A DNA stretch of 64,000 nucleotides, taken from sequence record PP488543.1. One strand, 5' to 3'. Below are positions 44,332 to 53,822 of this stretch, one piece after another (position 1 is the stretch's first letter; the number at the start of each line of letters is the position of its first letter). Made by a program: the position numbers and the translations under genes. This DNA comes from Escherichia phage BP9. The notes below the pieces were generated by a model. That model was not told the origin of the DNA. It made no database searches and was given only the letters and a program-made list of their open reading frames with translations.

Positions 44332-44369
44332 GGGCCGGATTCCTTTTCTGGGATCTGGCCCTTTTTATT
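44332..44369 (+). terminator. terminator-like hairpin
   Basis: AGGGCC...GGCCCT stem followed by TTTTTATTA. Confidence 0.4.
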
Positions 44370-44380
44370 ATGAGGAAACC

Positions 44381-46717
44381 ATGGCTACAAACAAAATAGT
44401 TGCCACAACAGTCAACAAGATTGGCTTTGAGATAGAGAACTCCTCCTACAAAAAAGCTGTAGAGAAAATTCGCAGTATTGGGAGGGAGTTCAGGAAACTG
44501 GGCGAAGATTTTAACTCAGCCAACCCCATGAGTAGATGGCAGGCGGTAGCTGTTAAAACCCAGCAGACAATGCAGCGGGTTGCCAGACAGCAATCTCAGG
44601 CAAATGCTAAGCTGCACAGGGAGAGCGTAGCACAGGCCAAGAAAGAGGCTGCAGTAAGGGCTGCAATAGAACGTAGGGAGAATGCGAGACGTAAACAAGC
44701 TGTAGGTAATCTTACCGCTAAAAATCCAGAAATGGCTAGGATGCGTAAGTTCTACCAGCAGCAAGCTAAAGAGGCCAAAAAGGCTGCCAAATCTGCACCA
44801 GTGTCTTACGGTGGTTATAAGGCACCTAAGGCAAGAGTTCTTGCTAACGCCAAGTCTTTCAGATATATTCCAGGCAACCCGAACATGGGTGGGGTGGCTT
44901 CAGATCCTAATCTTGTTAAAGCCCAGACCGCTGCCATGAACCGTTATCACAGACAGCTAAGAAGGGACGGTAAAGCTGGTATGGATAATAGGCTTATGTC
45001 GGATCGTGAGGCAAGAAGAACCCACCTCTACAACTCCGCGATAAGACTTTCTGCCAAGTATGGTGCCGGATTCCGTGGAAGCTTGCCAGGATACTCAGAG
45101 TTAGAGTCCAGGTTTGCTCGCGGGGAGATGAAAAAGTCAACATTTAACGCCCACTTGTCAGCGCTGCAGTCTGGATTTAAAAGCGCCACCAGCCAAACGC
45201 TTACACTAGGCGATGCCATGAGAGACTTACGTAGATCTGTTATTAATGCAACAGCTGCGTATACAGCTTTTTCTGGATTTGCTGCGGTTAACAGATCCGG
45301 TCACATGATGGAGGGGGCAAGTGCTGCTCTTACTGCTGTTACTGGAGATCCAAACAAAGCCAACAGTGAGGTTGCGTTTGTCCAGCAAGAGGCTATGCGT
45401 CTTGGTTTTGATCTCAAATCTGGTCTTCAAGGTTACGCCCAGATGTCGGTAAACGCCAAAAACCAGATGACAAATCAGGAAGTGCATGAGCTGTTTTCTG
45501 CATACTCCCAGTATGCTGCTGCTTATGGTGCTGATGAGGTAAAATATCAGCGCGGTATCATGGCAATCCAGCAGATGCTTGGCAAGGGACAAGTAATGTC
45601 CGAGGAACTGAAGCAACAGCTTGCTGAAGCATTACCTGGTGCATACGAACCTTTTATCAAGGCCACCAAAGAGGCTTTTGGTCTTTCTGAACTCTCCATG
45701 GATCAGTTCATGGACATGATGAAGAAAGGTGAGGTTAAAACAGCCAAGATCATGAAGTATGTGGCTAAGTACATGAACGAGGCATCTGCAGCTGGTTATG
45801 AAAGAATGCAGAAGTCTAACGTGCTGGCAGAAAACAGACTGAAAACCTTCATTGAACTGACTCGTCAGAAACTGTTCACCCGTTGGTCTGACGAACTAAC
45901 AGAGTTCTATTATACACTAATCCGCACTGGTGAGACTCTGCAATTTGTGTGGGATGCCTCTGGTGATTTTGTTAGCGGGTTTGTGAGAGGCCTTAACTGG
46001 GTAGTTGGTGAACTAAACAACACTATAGTCAAGATCCGCATGTTTTTCCTTGAATGGGGGATTAAATGGGGATTCATAACAGCTAAGACGAAGGAATATT
46101 CTGAAGAGCTTCATGACACCTTTAGCTATGCTAGATGGGCAGGGTTTGCTGCTGCCATCATGCTGGTAGTCAACGCCCTAACAAAAGGTTTTGTCATGGC
46201 ATCCATGCTTGTAAAAACCTTTAAATTCCTTAACTCTTTAAGAGGTGCAGCTGGAGCAGCTGGTGTCGCTACTGCAGAAGGATCTGGTGGTGGAGCTCCG
46301 GCAGGAAAAGGTGGAGGTGGCCTCAAGACACCTGGTGGCAAAGTTGGTCTGCTTGGTAAGCTGGGTATTATCGGTACAATATTAAGCGCAGGGGAATTAT
46401 TTAATGACCGTTTCAACCCACTAAGTGAAAGAAATCAGCAGCTGGACACTATCAGCGATATGATTCGCAAAGATATCATATCAGGAGGTAACGGGTTTGT
46501 TAATCCTTTGGACACCTTACCGGGCGGGACTCTTCCGTTGCCAGGTGGCCCCGGTTTTGCTTCTCAATTAAGAACTATGGAAATGCTACCTTTAGAGATC
46601 AGTGATGGGAAAATCACGATTTCAATAGATGAGGGTGAGTTTAACAAAATATTTGATGCAAAACTTGAGTGGGAGAACAATAAAGATATCAACTTCATGT
46701 CTACCGACCTTTGGTAA
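44381..46717 (+). CDS. tail tape measure protein
   Basis: 778 aa, helical N-terminus, Gly-rich hydrophobic central segment, position after chaperone frameshift. Confidence 0.85.
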   Translation: MATNKIVATTVNKIGFEIENSSYKKAVEKIRSIGREFRKLGEDFNSANPMSRWQAVAVKTQQTMQRVARQQSQANAKLHRESVAQAKKEAAVRAAIERRENARRKQAVGNLTAKNPEMARMRKFYQQQAKEAKKAAKSAPVSYGGYKAPKARVLANAKSFRYIPGNPNMGGVASDPNLVKAQTAAMNRYHRQLRRDGKAGMDNRLMSDREARRTHLYNSAIRLSAKYGAGFRGSLPGYSELESRFARGEMKKSTFNAHLSALQSGFKSATSQTLTLGDAMRDLRRSVINATAAYTAFSGFAAVNRSGHMMEGASAALTAVTGDPNKANSEVAFVQQEAMRLGFDLKSGLQGYAQMSVNAKNQMTNQEVHELFSAYSQYAAAYGADEVKYQRGIMAIQQMLGKGQVMSEELKQQLAEALPGAYEPFIKATKEAFGLSELSMDQFMDMMKKGEVKTAKIMKYVAKYMNEASAAGYERMQKSNVLAENRLKTFIELTRQKLFTRWSDELTEFYYTLIRTGETLQFVWDASGDFVSGFVRGLNWVVGELNNTIVKIRMFFLEWGIKWGFITAKTKEYSEELHDTFSYARWAGFAAAIMLVVNALTKGFVMASMLVKTFKFLNSLRGAAGAAGVATAEGSGGGAPAGKGGGGLKTPGGKVGLLGKLGIIGTILSAGELFNDRFNPLSERNQQLDTISDMIRKDIISGGNGFVNPLDTLPGGTLPLPGGPGFASQLRTMEMLPLEISDGKITISIDEGEFNKIFDAKLEWENNKDINFMSTDLW

Positions 46718-46728
46718 TAAACTGTGCA

Positions 46729-46757
46729 GGGGGCTCCGGCCCCCTTTATTTTATCGG
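46729..46757 (+). terminator. rho-independent terminator-like hairpin
   Basis: GGGGGCTCCGGCCCCC followed by TTTATTTTAT. Confidence 0.5.
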
Positions 46758-46821
46758 TGTTGTAAAAACAGCTATTTTATGATACAATATCTAGATGGTA
46801 TCGGAGTGTCCTGGAGAGGTT

Positions 46822-47706
46822 ATGCCAAGCAATATAGTTGATGAAAAAGACCTGTACAAGCCTCAAGAGGTTAAATCTCCAAAGGCTGAAAAGGCAGAGC
46901 AGCAAACTGAAAGCGATGTAAAGTACACTATGTTTGTCAGCGGTCTTAACTATGGTGGTCGCAATACGGAGATGAAGGGTAAAAACTTTACTAACGATCT
47001 TGCCATTATCTTCGACCAGGTTGAGAACTATTCTTTCAAACATTCTGTTGATAAGACTGATTTTGCAGTGGAAGATAAATCTACCCTGTCAGACCACGCT
47101 GTAATTAAAGATGGTGTATTTTCTTTTACTGGTAGGGTAAATACATCACCACATATAATCTATGAGCAAAACTACATTGACAGGAATACTGACTCTAAAA
47201 ACCCTGCAGCATCTATGCGACCGGGCGCTGCACTGGAGGCTTTGACTGAAATCATTAATAAGCGCCAATTGGTTTCTTTGGTTACCGAGGAAAGACTCCT
47301 TGAGAACTACATTATAACCAGCCTTTCTGCCAGCAAGTCTGTTGGCGAAGGTGCTGCAATGGTTTTTGATGTAGAGCTTACAGAGTTCCGCACATTCTAC
47401 TTGAACAAGGTTGTTAATGCAACTGTATACAGCAATCCTAAGAAAGTAGGCAAGACCCAACAAAAAGGTGCTGTCAACGACTGTAAGAATGGTAGTAACG
47501 TAGGTAACAAGAGGGACACAGGAGCATTCGCAGACACTGCATCCACAAACGCTGCAGAGGAGTGGCAGCCATACAAATCTATGATGTGGACAGATGAAAA
47601 CGGTGTTACCCAATCGGCTGCGGATTGGTATTATCAGGAATATGGAAGACCTTCTACCATAGTCCCATCTGAGCAGGGAAACTACAACAAAGTTAACGGG
47701 AAATAA
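46822..47706 (+). CDS. tail or baseplate protein (post-tape-measure)
   Basis: Track ORF 46795..47706; ATG 46822 (MPSNIVDEK) preferred because GGAGAGG precedes it. Confidence 0.45.
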   Translation: MPSNIVDEKDLYKPQEVKSPKAEKAEQQTESDVKYTMFVSGLNYGGRNTEMKGKNFTNDLAIIFDQVENYSFKHSVDKTDFAVEDKSTLSDHAVIKDGVFSFTGRVNTSPHIIYEQNYIDRNTDSKNPAASMRPGAALEALTEIINKRQLVSLVTEERLLENYIITSLSASKSVGEGAAMVFDVELTEFRTFYLNKVVNATVYSNPKKVGKTQQKGAVNDCKNGSNVGNKRDTGAFADTASTNAAEEWQPYKSMMWTDENGVTQSAADWYYQEYGRPSTIVPSEQGNYNKVNGK

Positions 47707-47718
47707 GGGGAGCGTATA

Positions 47719-48099
47719 ATGGAGCTTAAAGATTGGTGCATAATCACCTTTGTGTGGGACATTGACGGCTTTCCTGATCAAACCATGCGTGTTGTTTTAG
47801 ACAACGAAACGTATGAAATGCGTATGCAATGGAATGAGAGGGATGAGTCTTGGTGGTTATCTCTTGGTCCAGTAGGTGACAGCCCTTTAGTAACCAGAAA
47901 AGTAACAGCTTGTCAAGATATCTTAGACGGACTGCATTATAGAGACGATTTACCGAAAGGTAGATTGATGGCACTGTCGTTTAAAGATGATCAATATTGG
48001 GGCAGGGTTGGAAGATACAACCTTGGAGCAAGATCCGAGCTACAACTTGTATACGGCACTCCAGTTGATCTTTACAAGGAACAGCAAGGGTTAGAATAA
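47719..48099 (+). CDS. hypothetical tail protein
   Basis: 126 aa, in tail module. Confidence 0.45.
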   Translation: MELKDWCIITFVWDIDGFPDQTMRVVLDNETYEMRMQWNERDESWWLSLGPVGDSPLVTRKVTACQDILDGLHYRDDLPKGRLMALSFKDDQYWGRVGRYNLGARSELQLVYGTPVDLYKEQQGLE

Positions 48100-49103
48100 T
48101 GGCAGAGTACAGACGTAGAACATGGCGATTATTGTTTGGTCGTCCTGTAGAACATGGCGGTAAATCAAAAACCAATATCCCAAAATCTGTTGAAAAGAAA
48201 GGGGAGAGTGATTCCGGAGTTTATGAAGTTAGCTCAGACACTGGTGCTGCCAATATAGAGTTTGACATACAAAAGGACAATACCAAAGAGCCAAACAAAG
48301 GTTATGTGACAGTTTACAACCTGTCCGACGATACAGTTAACTATCTGGATATGCATCAGGCTGATGCTCTTGCAGTTATGTTTGAAGCTGGCTATGATAA
48401 TGAGAACCAGTTGATATTCTCCGGAACTGTGGAGTTTGTTGAAGACAGATGGGAAGGTCCTACCAGAAAAACTAAGTTCATCTTTGGGGATGGCACTGAG
48501 AACATCATTAAGTGCCAAAGCACAAGATCTTATCAGAAAGGCACACCTCTGAACTCTGTGCTTAATGACTTACTGAAGGATATGAACTTGCCAAAAGGTA
48601 GGGTTGTTGGTTTTGGAAACCAGACTTTGCAATACTCTATGGCTTTCTCTGGAAACACTGCAGAGAACCTCCGCAGGTTTGCAAGGCTGACCAACTCAAC
48701 ATTTAGCGTTCAGGATGGGGCTTTGTATTGGACCAAGGTTGGAAAAAGGTTCAAAGACTCTGTGTTTGAAATAAGCGCAGAGTCTGGGATGCACGGATCT
48801 CCTACCCCTAAAAACCCAGAACCTGCTAAAAAACGAAAAGCTAAAGCTGCTGCCAAAGGTGGTTCGACATCTAAAAAGAAAAAGAAAAACCCGAGAGAGG
48901 ATGTTGGCCTTACTGTAACCACATGCCTTAACGGAGCTATCCTCCCAGAGTCCACTATTTATCTTAAAAGCAAGCAATATACAGGCTTCTATAAGGTGAT
49001 CACGGTGCATCATAAGGGCACCATAGAAGGTGGTGATTACACTACAGAGCTTGGCCTTGGGGAAACAGTGGGTGGAGTTGTTGACAAAACTGAGGAGGTA
49101 TAA
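48099..49103 (+). CDS. baseplate hub-like protein (putative)
   Basis: 334 aa, immediately upstream of spike-like gene, start overlaps previous stop; positional inference. Confidence 0.4.
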   Translation: MAEYRRRTWRLLFGRPVEHGGKSKTNIPKSVEKKGESDSGVYEVSSDTGAANIEFDIQKDNTKEPNKGYVTVYNLSDDTVNYLDMHQADALAVMFEAGYDNENQLIFSGTVEFVEDRWEGPTRKTKFIFGDGTENIIKCQSTRSYQKGTPLNSVLNDLLKDMNLPKGRVVGFGNQTLQYSMAFSGNTAENLRRFARLTNSTFSVQDGALYWTKVGKRFKDSVFEISAESGMHGSPTPKNPEPAKKRKAKAAAKGGSTSKKKKKNPREDVGLTVTTCLNGAILPESTIYLKSKQYTGFYKVITVHHKGTIEGGDYTTELGLGETVGGVVDKTEEV

Positions 49104-49780
49104 TGGCAATAAATAGGAAAGATGCTGCTGTAAGATCCTTCATAGAAAAAATAATGAGGGACTACCACACCAGTATCAGGGCCAGAGTTGTCAGTGTAGA
49201 CTACAGTATCCCTTCTGCATCTGTGCAGCCAATAGCTGAAACCACGTTTGATGACGGAGATGTGGAGAGATACCCCCTTATCTATGACGTTCCAATTCAG
49301 GTGATGTCTGCAAACAGCGGAAAGGCAAGGTTAACACTTCCTATTAAGGCCGGAGATGTTGTAGGATTGCAGTTTTCAGAGAGGAATGAAAACAATAACG
49401 ACGATCAACAAACTCACGGCCTGTTTCCAGGGTGGGCAATCACCTCCGTTCATTCAGACTCAAACGCTTTACAGATCGATCCTGATAACGTAGAGTTATG
49501 GAATGATAGGGTTTATTTTAAACTGACACCTTCTGGCGATTTTGAGCTTCAGACACCGGGTGGAACATTACGGTGCGACAGCAGCGGGGAGTTTTCTTTC
49601 ACTAACGGTGCTGCCAATTTGCGAGCTGCTGTGGATGGAAATATCAGAATGAATGGTGCCACAATAGACCCATCTGGTAGAATTATAACTGCTGCTGGCG
49701 TGGATTTGGATTCATTCTATGCAGAATATAAAGGTCATACCCACTCTTGCCCTGATGGCGAGACAAGTGGACCGCACTAA
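49103..49780 (+). CDS. baseplate central spike protein (gpV/gp5-like)
   Basis: 225 aa; C-terminal YKGHTHSCPDGETSGPH resembles the HxH metal-binding apex of phage spike proteins. Confidence 0.5.
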   Translation: MAINRKDAAVRSFIEKIMRDYHTSIRARVVSVDYSIPSASVQPIAETTFDDGDVERYPLIYDVPIQVMSANSGKARLTLPIKAGDVVGLQFSERNENNNDDQQTHGLFPGWAITSVHSDSNALQIDPDNVELWNDRVYFKLTPSGDFELQTPGGTLRCDSSGEFSFTNGAANLRAAVDGNIRMNGATIDPSGRIITAAGVDLDSFYAEYKGHTHSCPDGETSGPH

Positions 49781-49792
49781 TAGAGGGCTTTC

Positions 49793-50509
49793 ATGGCTAC
49801 GCTTTATAGTGATATATTGATGGACCCACAGACAGGCGATTTGGCGATAGACAAAGGTCTTGAGTTGATAGATTCAAACCAGGTAAGTCTGCGCCAGCGC
49901 TTGTGGATGAGATTTAATACGTGGAAGGGGAGCTGGTACTTTGACGAGCTGTTTGGCTTCCCTTATATGGACTTTCTCAGCAAGAAGGTCATGAAGACTG
50001 TTCTTGATAACAAGATTATGGAAGTGGCAAGACAAGAGCCGGATGTGCTAAACATCATAAACTTCCAATCTACCATGGATAGAAGATCGAGAACATACCA
50101 AGCGTTCTTTGAGGTTGTTACCAAAGAGAACGAGATTGTAAGGCTGGCTTTTGTAGGTCTTGATCAGTTCACCTACCCACAGCCTGATTCTGGGACAACC
50201 TCCCTCTGTGATGATGAGGGTTGGATTAAGTGGGCTAATAAACTGTACTATCTGATCAACTTCAGATTGCCTAGAACCGGAGATGCCACATGGTGGAACC
50301 AGTATGCTGGTCCTGAGATGGAAAACCCGATCCCTGTAGGCTCTCTGTTGACTCAGGATAAAGATCTGCTGATGACTGAGGCAGAACAAACCATTAACCG
50401 CAATACCTGGACGCTTGCTCCAGATGAGCGCGAATACTCTGGTGTTATTGCTACCTCCAATGATGAGGCTATTGCCAACCAGTCTGGTCGTGCTATTGAT
50501 GTTAACTAA
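49793..50509 (+). CDS. baseplate-associated protein (putative)
   Basis: 238 aa, tail module. Confidence 0.4.
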   Translation: MATLYSDILMDPQTGDLAIDKGLELIDSNQVSLRQRLWMRFNTWKGSWYFDELFGFPYMDFLSKKVMKTVLDNKIMEVARQEPDVLNIINFQSTMDRRSRTYQAFFEVVTKENEIVRLAFVGLDQFTYPQPDSGTTSLCDDEGWIKWANKLYYLINFRLPRTGDATWWNQYAGPEMENPIPVGSLLTQDKDLLMTEAEQTINRNTWTLAPDEREYSGVIATSNDEAIANQSGRAIDVN

Positions 50510-50518
50510 GGAGAAATC

Positions 50519-51187
50519 ATGGCTGTAGCTTATCCTACAATACCAATTCCAGATCTTGAAGATGCAGAAACAGTCCTGAGTGATGACTTCTTGGTTGTCA
50601 ACCAGACTGATGGGACAAGAAAGGCTAAGATTGACGATGTTGTCAACGATCTTAGCATCACTAAGATAGTCTATTTCACAGAGGGTGGTTATCTTAAGAG
50701 CAAGAAGGACTTTGCTTATGATCCAGAAACTAAGCGCTACTACACGTGGAACGGGGATTATCCTAAAATAATCCTCCCAGACTCCACTGTAGAGGGTGCT
50801 GGGGGTGTGTCTGCAAATGCCTGGTCTGTTTTTGGTGAGCTTGCTGCAACTTCTTCTGGCAGAATAGTTGATTACGGATCTATCGGTGGTCAGCTTGATA
50901 TGGATCTTGAAGTTGCGGATACCTTTAAGGTTCGACTAACTTCAAATACCACAATCTCTTTTGAAAATCAAACAGAAGGTCTTGAAGGGGTGGCGAGAAC
51001 TATAACCGTATGCATTACTCAGACCTCTGGCGGCAACAAAGTCTATTGGCCAGGTAATGTTAAATGGTCCTACGGAAGAGATCCTATCCTAACATTTACA
51101 GCTGGTGCAACAGACATTTTCAAGTTGGAAACCTACGACAACGGGTTAACTTGGTACGGGGCACTGATTATCGCAGGAGCTATCTAA
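50519..51187 (+). CDS. short tail-fiber-related protein sharing N-terminal anchor domain with large fiber
   Basis: N-terminus IPIPDLEDAETVLSDDFLVVNQTDGTRKAKIDDVV parallels N-terminus of 53823..57635. Confidence 0.5.
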   Translation: MAVAYPTIPIPDLEDAETVLSDDFLVVNQTDGTRKAKIDDVVNDLSITKIVYFTEGGYLKSKKDFAYDPETKRYYTWNGDYPKIILPDSTVEGAGGVSANAWSVFGELAATSSGRIVDYGSIGGQLDMDLEVADTFKVRLTSNTTISFENQTEGLEGVARTITVCITQTSGGNKVYWPGNVKWSYGRDPILTFTAGATDIFKLETYDNGLTWYGALIIAGAI

Positions 51188-51188
51188 G

Positions 51189-53786
51189 ATGCGTATTCAA
51201 CATAACATTGATAACGTATTTCAGATGATTGAGGGGCACAGGAAGTGCCTCGATAACAACACAGGCATTACCAATCTCCCTACGCAGAACAAGCTGGTAA
51301 ACCCTGATGGTCTTATAGCTGCAGGGTGGGCAGGTAATAAGATAAATAATGATTGGGCAATGCATGAGTCCCAAGCTGTGTTGATTCTGGGATACATTGA
51401 AGCATACAGGGCATCGAAAAGCGATTTCTATCTGGATAGGGCAAAAGATGCTTGGGAAGCTTACAATAGTCATCTTCTGGGTGCATATGCAGTAGAAAGT
51501 AAAATGCAAAGATTGTCCCACTACCCTCTATCTACAGATGGGGTTCCATCACATGGTGGGTTTAAAGATGTGGTGGTGTCTTTTACCAATGGTAGAGGAA
51601 AAATCCCAGCTGGATCTCCGACATGGGGAGAATACCTGGACAAGGCATTCCAAGCGTATAACGGTGTGTTAGGAAGAAACACGGTAGACTCCGATGTTTA
51701 CGGTGGCACAGATGCTAACCCAGATTGGACAACATCCGGATTAAGTTGGTGGGTTGAGTGGTATATAGCATGGGATGGTAACCGCTATTGGGCTAACGGT
51801 AGCATAGCCGACAGTGGGCATACGTCTGTAGAGTTCGGCACAATCCAATTACAAGATAAGGGTGTTACAGGAAGCCACAAGGTAACCTATTGTGTAAGAT
51901 TACCTCAAGAGCAGGGTGGATCGGTGATACCTGCAGGATCCCCTGTAATTGTGAATCCTATAAACGTGGTTGCAGACAATCAAGCCCCAGAGTTGGACGG
52001 GGAAGAAATGTGGTGTGACGCTTGTTATCAACTCTACACCTTGACAGGTGAGGAAAAGTATTACACCGCGTTTAAACAGTCTTACAACAAGTTGCTTAAT
52101 TTCAGTGATATAAACGCCTACGACAAACTGTTTAGAAAGACCACGTTGATTAAGGCACCATTTACAGATGGTGCTTGTCTTGTTGCAGGAACAGTTCCTG
52201 TCATGATCAGGGATAGTGACGGGTATATCAATTTTAGAATGAACGCACGCCAGCCTTGCGAAATAATTCAAAAAGGGACTACATACAAAATAGGCAGAGA
52301 TGCTGAAATTGTTATGAATTTCGGAGGAGAAGGGGTTCTGTTCCAGCCACATTTCATCCTTAATGATGGCAACAATAACAAAAAACAGTACAGGATAGGT
52401 GTTCCTTTTGGAGGTGCAGAGGTAACAGAAATAGTTGCCAAGGTTACTGATTTCGTAGAGGTAGTTGGTAAAGACGGTAATCCGTACCTCTTACCTAAAG
52501 AGGAAAACATTGCCGTGAGCGGTGGTGCCAGTGTTAGTATGCAGTACGATACCGACATTTACAACCACTCTGACAACTTCACCCGTTGTAATATAGCAAG
52601 GGGCAAAGTAACTTTCAATTTTGGAAGAGAGATTTCTTTAAACTCAGTAACTTATCGATCAGATGATGAGATGGTAAGGGTCAAATTTCTTGACAAAGAC
52701 AGGTGGTTATGGTATGCTGATCTATATGCCACTAATGGACAATGGATAACAGAAACTCTTACTCTAGGAGATTTCAAACTAGATCCGACACAACCTCATC
52801 ACACCGAAGAAGAGATTAAACCTTTCTTTGCTAATCCTAAGGGGCTCACCTCTGTAGATTTCAGCCTAAGCGACAGGCAGATAGGTAATGGCTTGTTTGA
52901 CCTATATTGTGTCAACACACTGCCGCAATTTTATATTGCAGATAGAGATGCTTATCTAATCTGGTTTAGCGTATGGATGGCAAGCAAGACAGAATCAACC
53001 GCTAGGGTTGGCGATTGCTATGTCAGAAACTACAAGCAAGGCGCATACAGGCACACACCGGGTGTGTTCCCTGCCGGAAAGGTGATAGATAAGGAAAACT
53101 ATCTCTTAGAGGAAAAGCCAAATTGGCCCTACCCTGGCATGCAATATCCAGCAGTCTACTGCATGGGTGCAGAAAACATAGATCGCCATAGATTGTCAAA
53201 TACAATAGGCTTTCTGTATGACGCTCAAGTCTGGTATAATAATACATTTAAGACAGAGGGTCCAGTTGCCTCGCGTTATGTATGGCAGAGAGGTAATGAA
53301 GGGCTGACTGGTTGGTGGGAGATGGTAGATAACTCTAAACTCCAGTCAAGATCTTTTGTTGCTGCGTGCCGCACAATATATGAGCTCAAGAAACATAAAG
53401 AACCTGTTGATGAAAGACTATTCCTGTTCTGCCAGAAATGGGCATGGTTCCTCAACAGATTCCAGTCATCTCATTCAGGAAATCTGCCCACAGACTTTAA
53501 CACCTCTGGGGGATATTCTTATCAAGACAGAGGAGACAGGATGTGGGTGGTAGGTGAATGGCTTGCAGGTTGCTGCTGGCTAGGTCTGTGCGGGTATTCA
53601 GAGACAATACCTCAAATAGATATTGTTGTGGAAGCCTGTGTGAAGCTACTGCAAAAGCACCACTTCATTAATGGGGATAATATTTTAAACGGCTGCTGGG
53701 CAGTTTCTGATCCGGTTGGCTATCACTCTGGCGAAATCCTTCGCGGTCTGGGCCTTTATGCTCAATACCGTGGATTGTACCTTTAA
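51189..53786 (+). CDS. large tail-associated protein (865 aa)
   Basis: Track ORF between the two fiber-anchor-domain genes; no confident motif. Confidence 0.45.
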   Translation: MRIQHNIDNVFQMIEGHRKCLDNNTGITNLPTQNKLVNPDGLIAAGWAGNKINNDWAMHESQAVLILGYIEAYRASKSDFYLDRAKDAWEAYNSHLLGAYAVESKMQRLSHYPLSTDGVPSHGGFKDVVVSFTNGRGKIPAGSPTWGEYLDKAFQAYNGVLGRNTVDSDVYGGTDANPDWTTSGLSWWVEWYIAWDGNRYWANGSIADSGHTSVEFGTIQLQDKGVTGSHKVTYCVRLPQEQGGSVIPAGSPVIVNPINVVADNQAPELDGEEMWCDACYQLYTLTGEEKYYTAFKQSYNKLLNFSDINAYDKLFRKTTLIKAPFTDGACLVAGTVPVMIRDSDGYINFRMNARQPCEIIQKGTTYKIGRDAEIVMNFGGEGVLFQPHFILNDGNNNKKQYRIGVPFGGAEVTEIVAKVTDFVEVVGKDGNPYLLPKEENIAVSGGASVSMQYDTDIYNHSDNFTRCNIARGKVTFNFGREISLNSVTYRSDDEMVRVKFLDKDRWLWYADLYATNGQWITETLTLGDFKLDPTQPHHTEEEIKPFFANPKGLTSVDFSLSDRQIGNGLFDLYCVNTLPQFYIADRDAYLIWFSVWMASKTESTARVGDCYVRNYKQGAYRHTPGVFPAGKVIDKENYLLEEKPNWPYPGMQYPAVYCMGAENIDRHRLSNTIGFLYDAQVWYNNTFKTEGPVASRYVWQRGNEGLTGWWEMVDNSKLQSRSFVAACRTIYELKKHKEPVDERLFLFCQKWAWFLNRFQSSHSGNLPTDFNTSGGYSYQDRGDRMWVVGEWLAGCCWLGLCGYSETIPQIDIVVEACVKLLQKHHFINGDNILNGCWAVSDPVGYHSGEILRGLGLYAQYRGLYL

Positions 53787-53822
53787 CATAGGGGGGCTGT
53801 TTGCCCCCTTTCAGGAGAAAGA

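Noticed and set aside
46126-46416. Pro/Ala-rich 96-aa minus-strand ORF
   Set aside because: Antisense image of the Gly/Ala-rich segment of the tape measure gene (GGC/GCC-rich codons); compositional artefact
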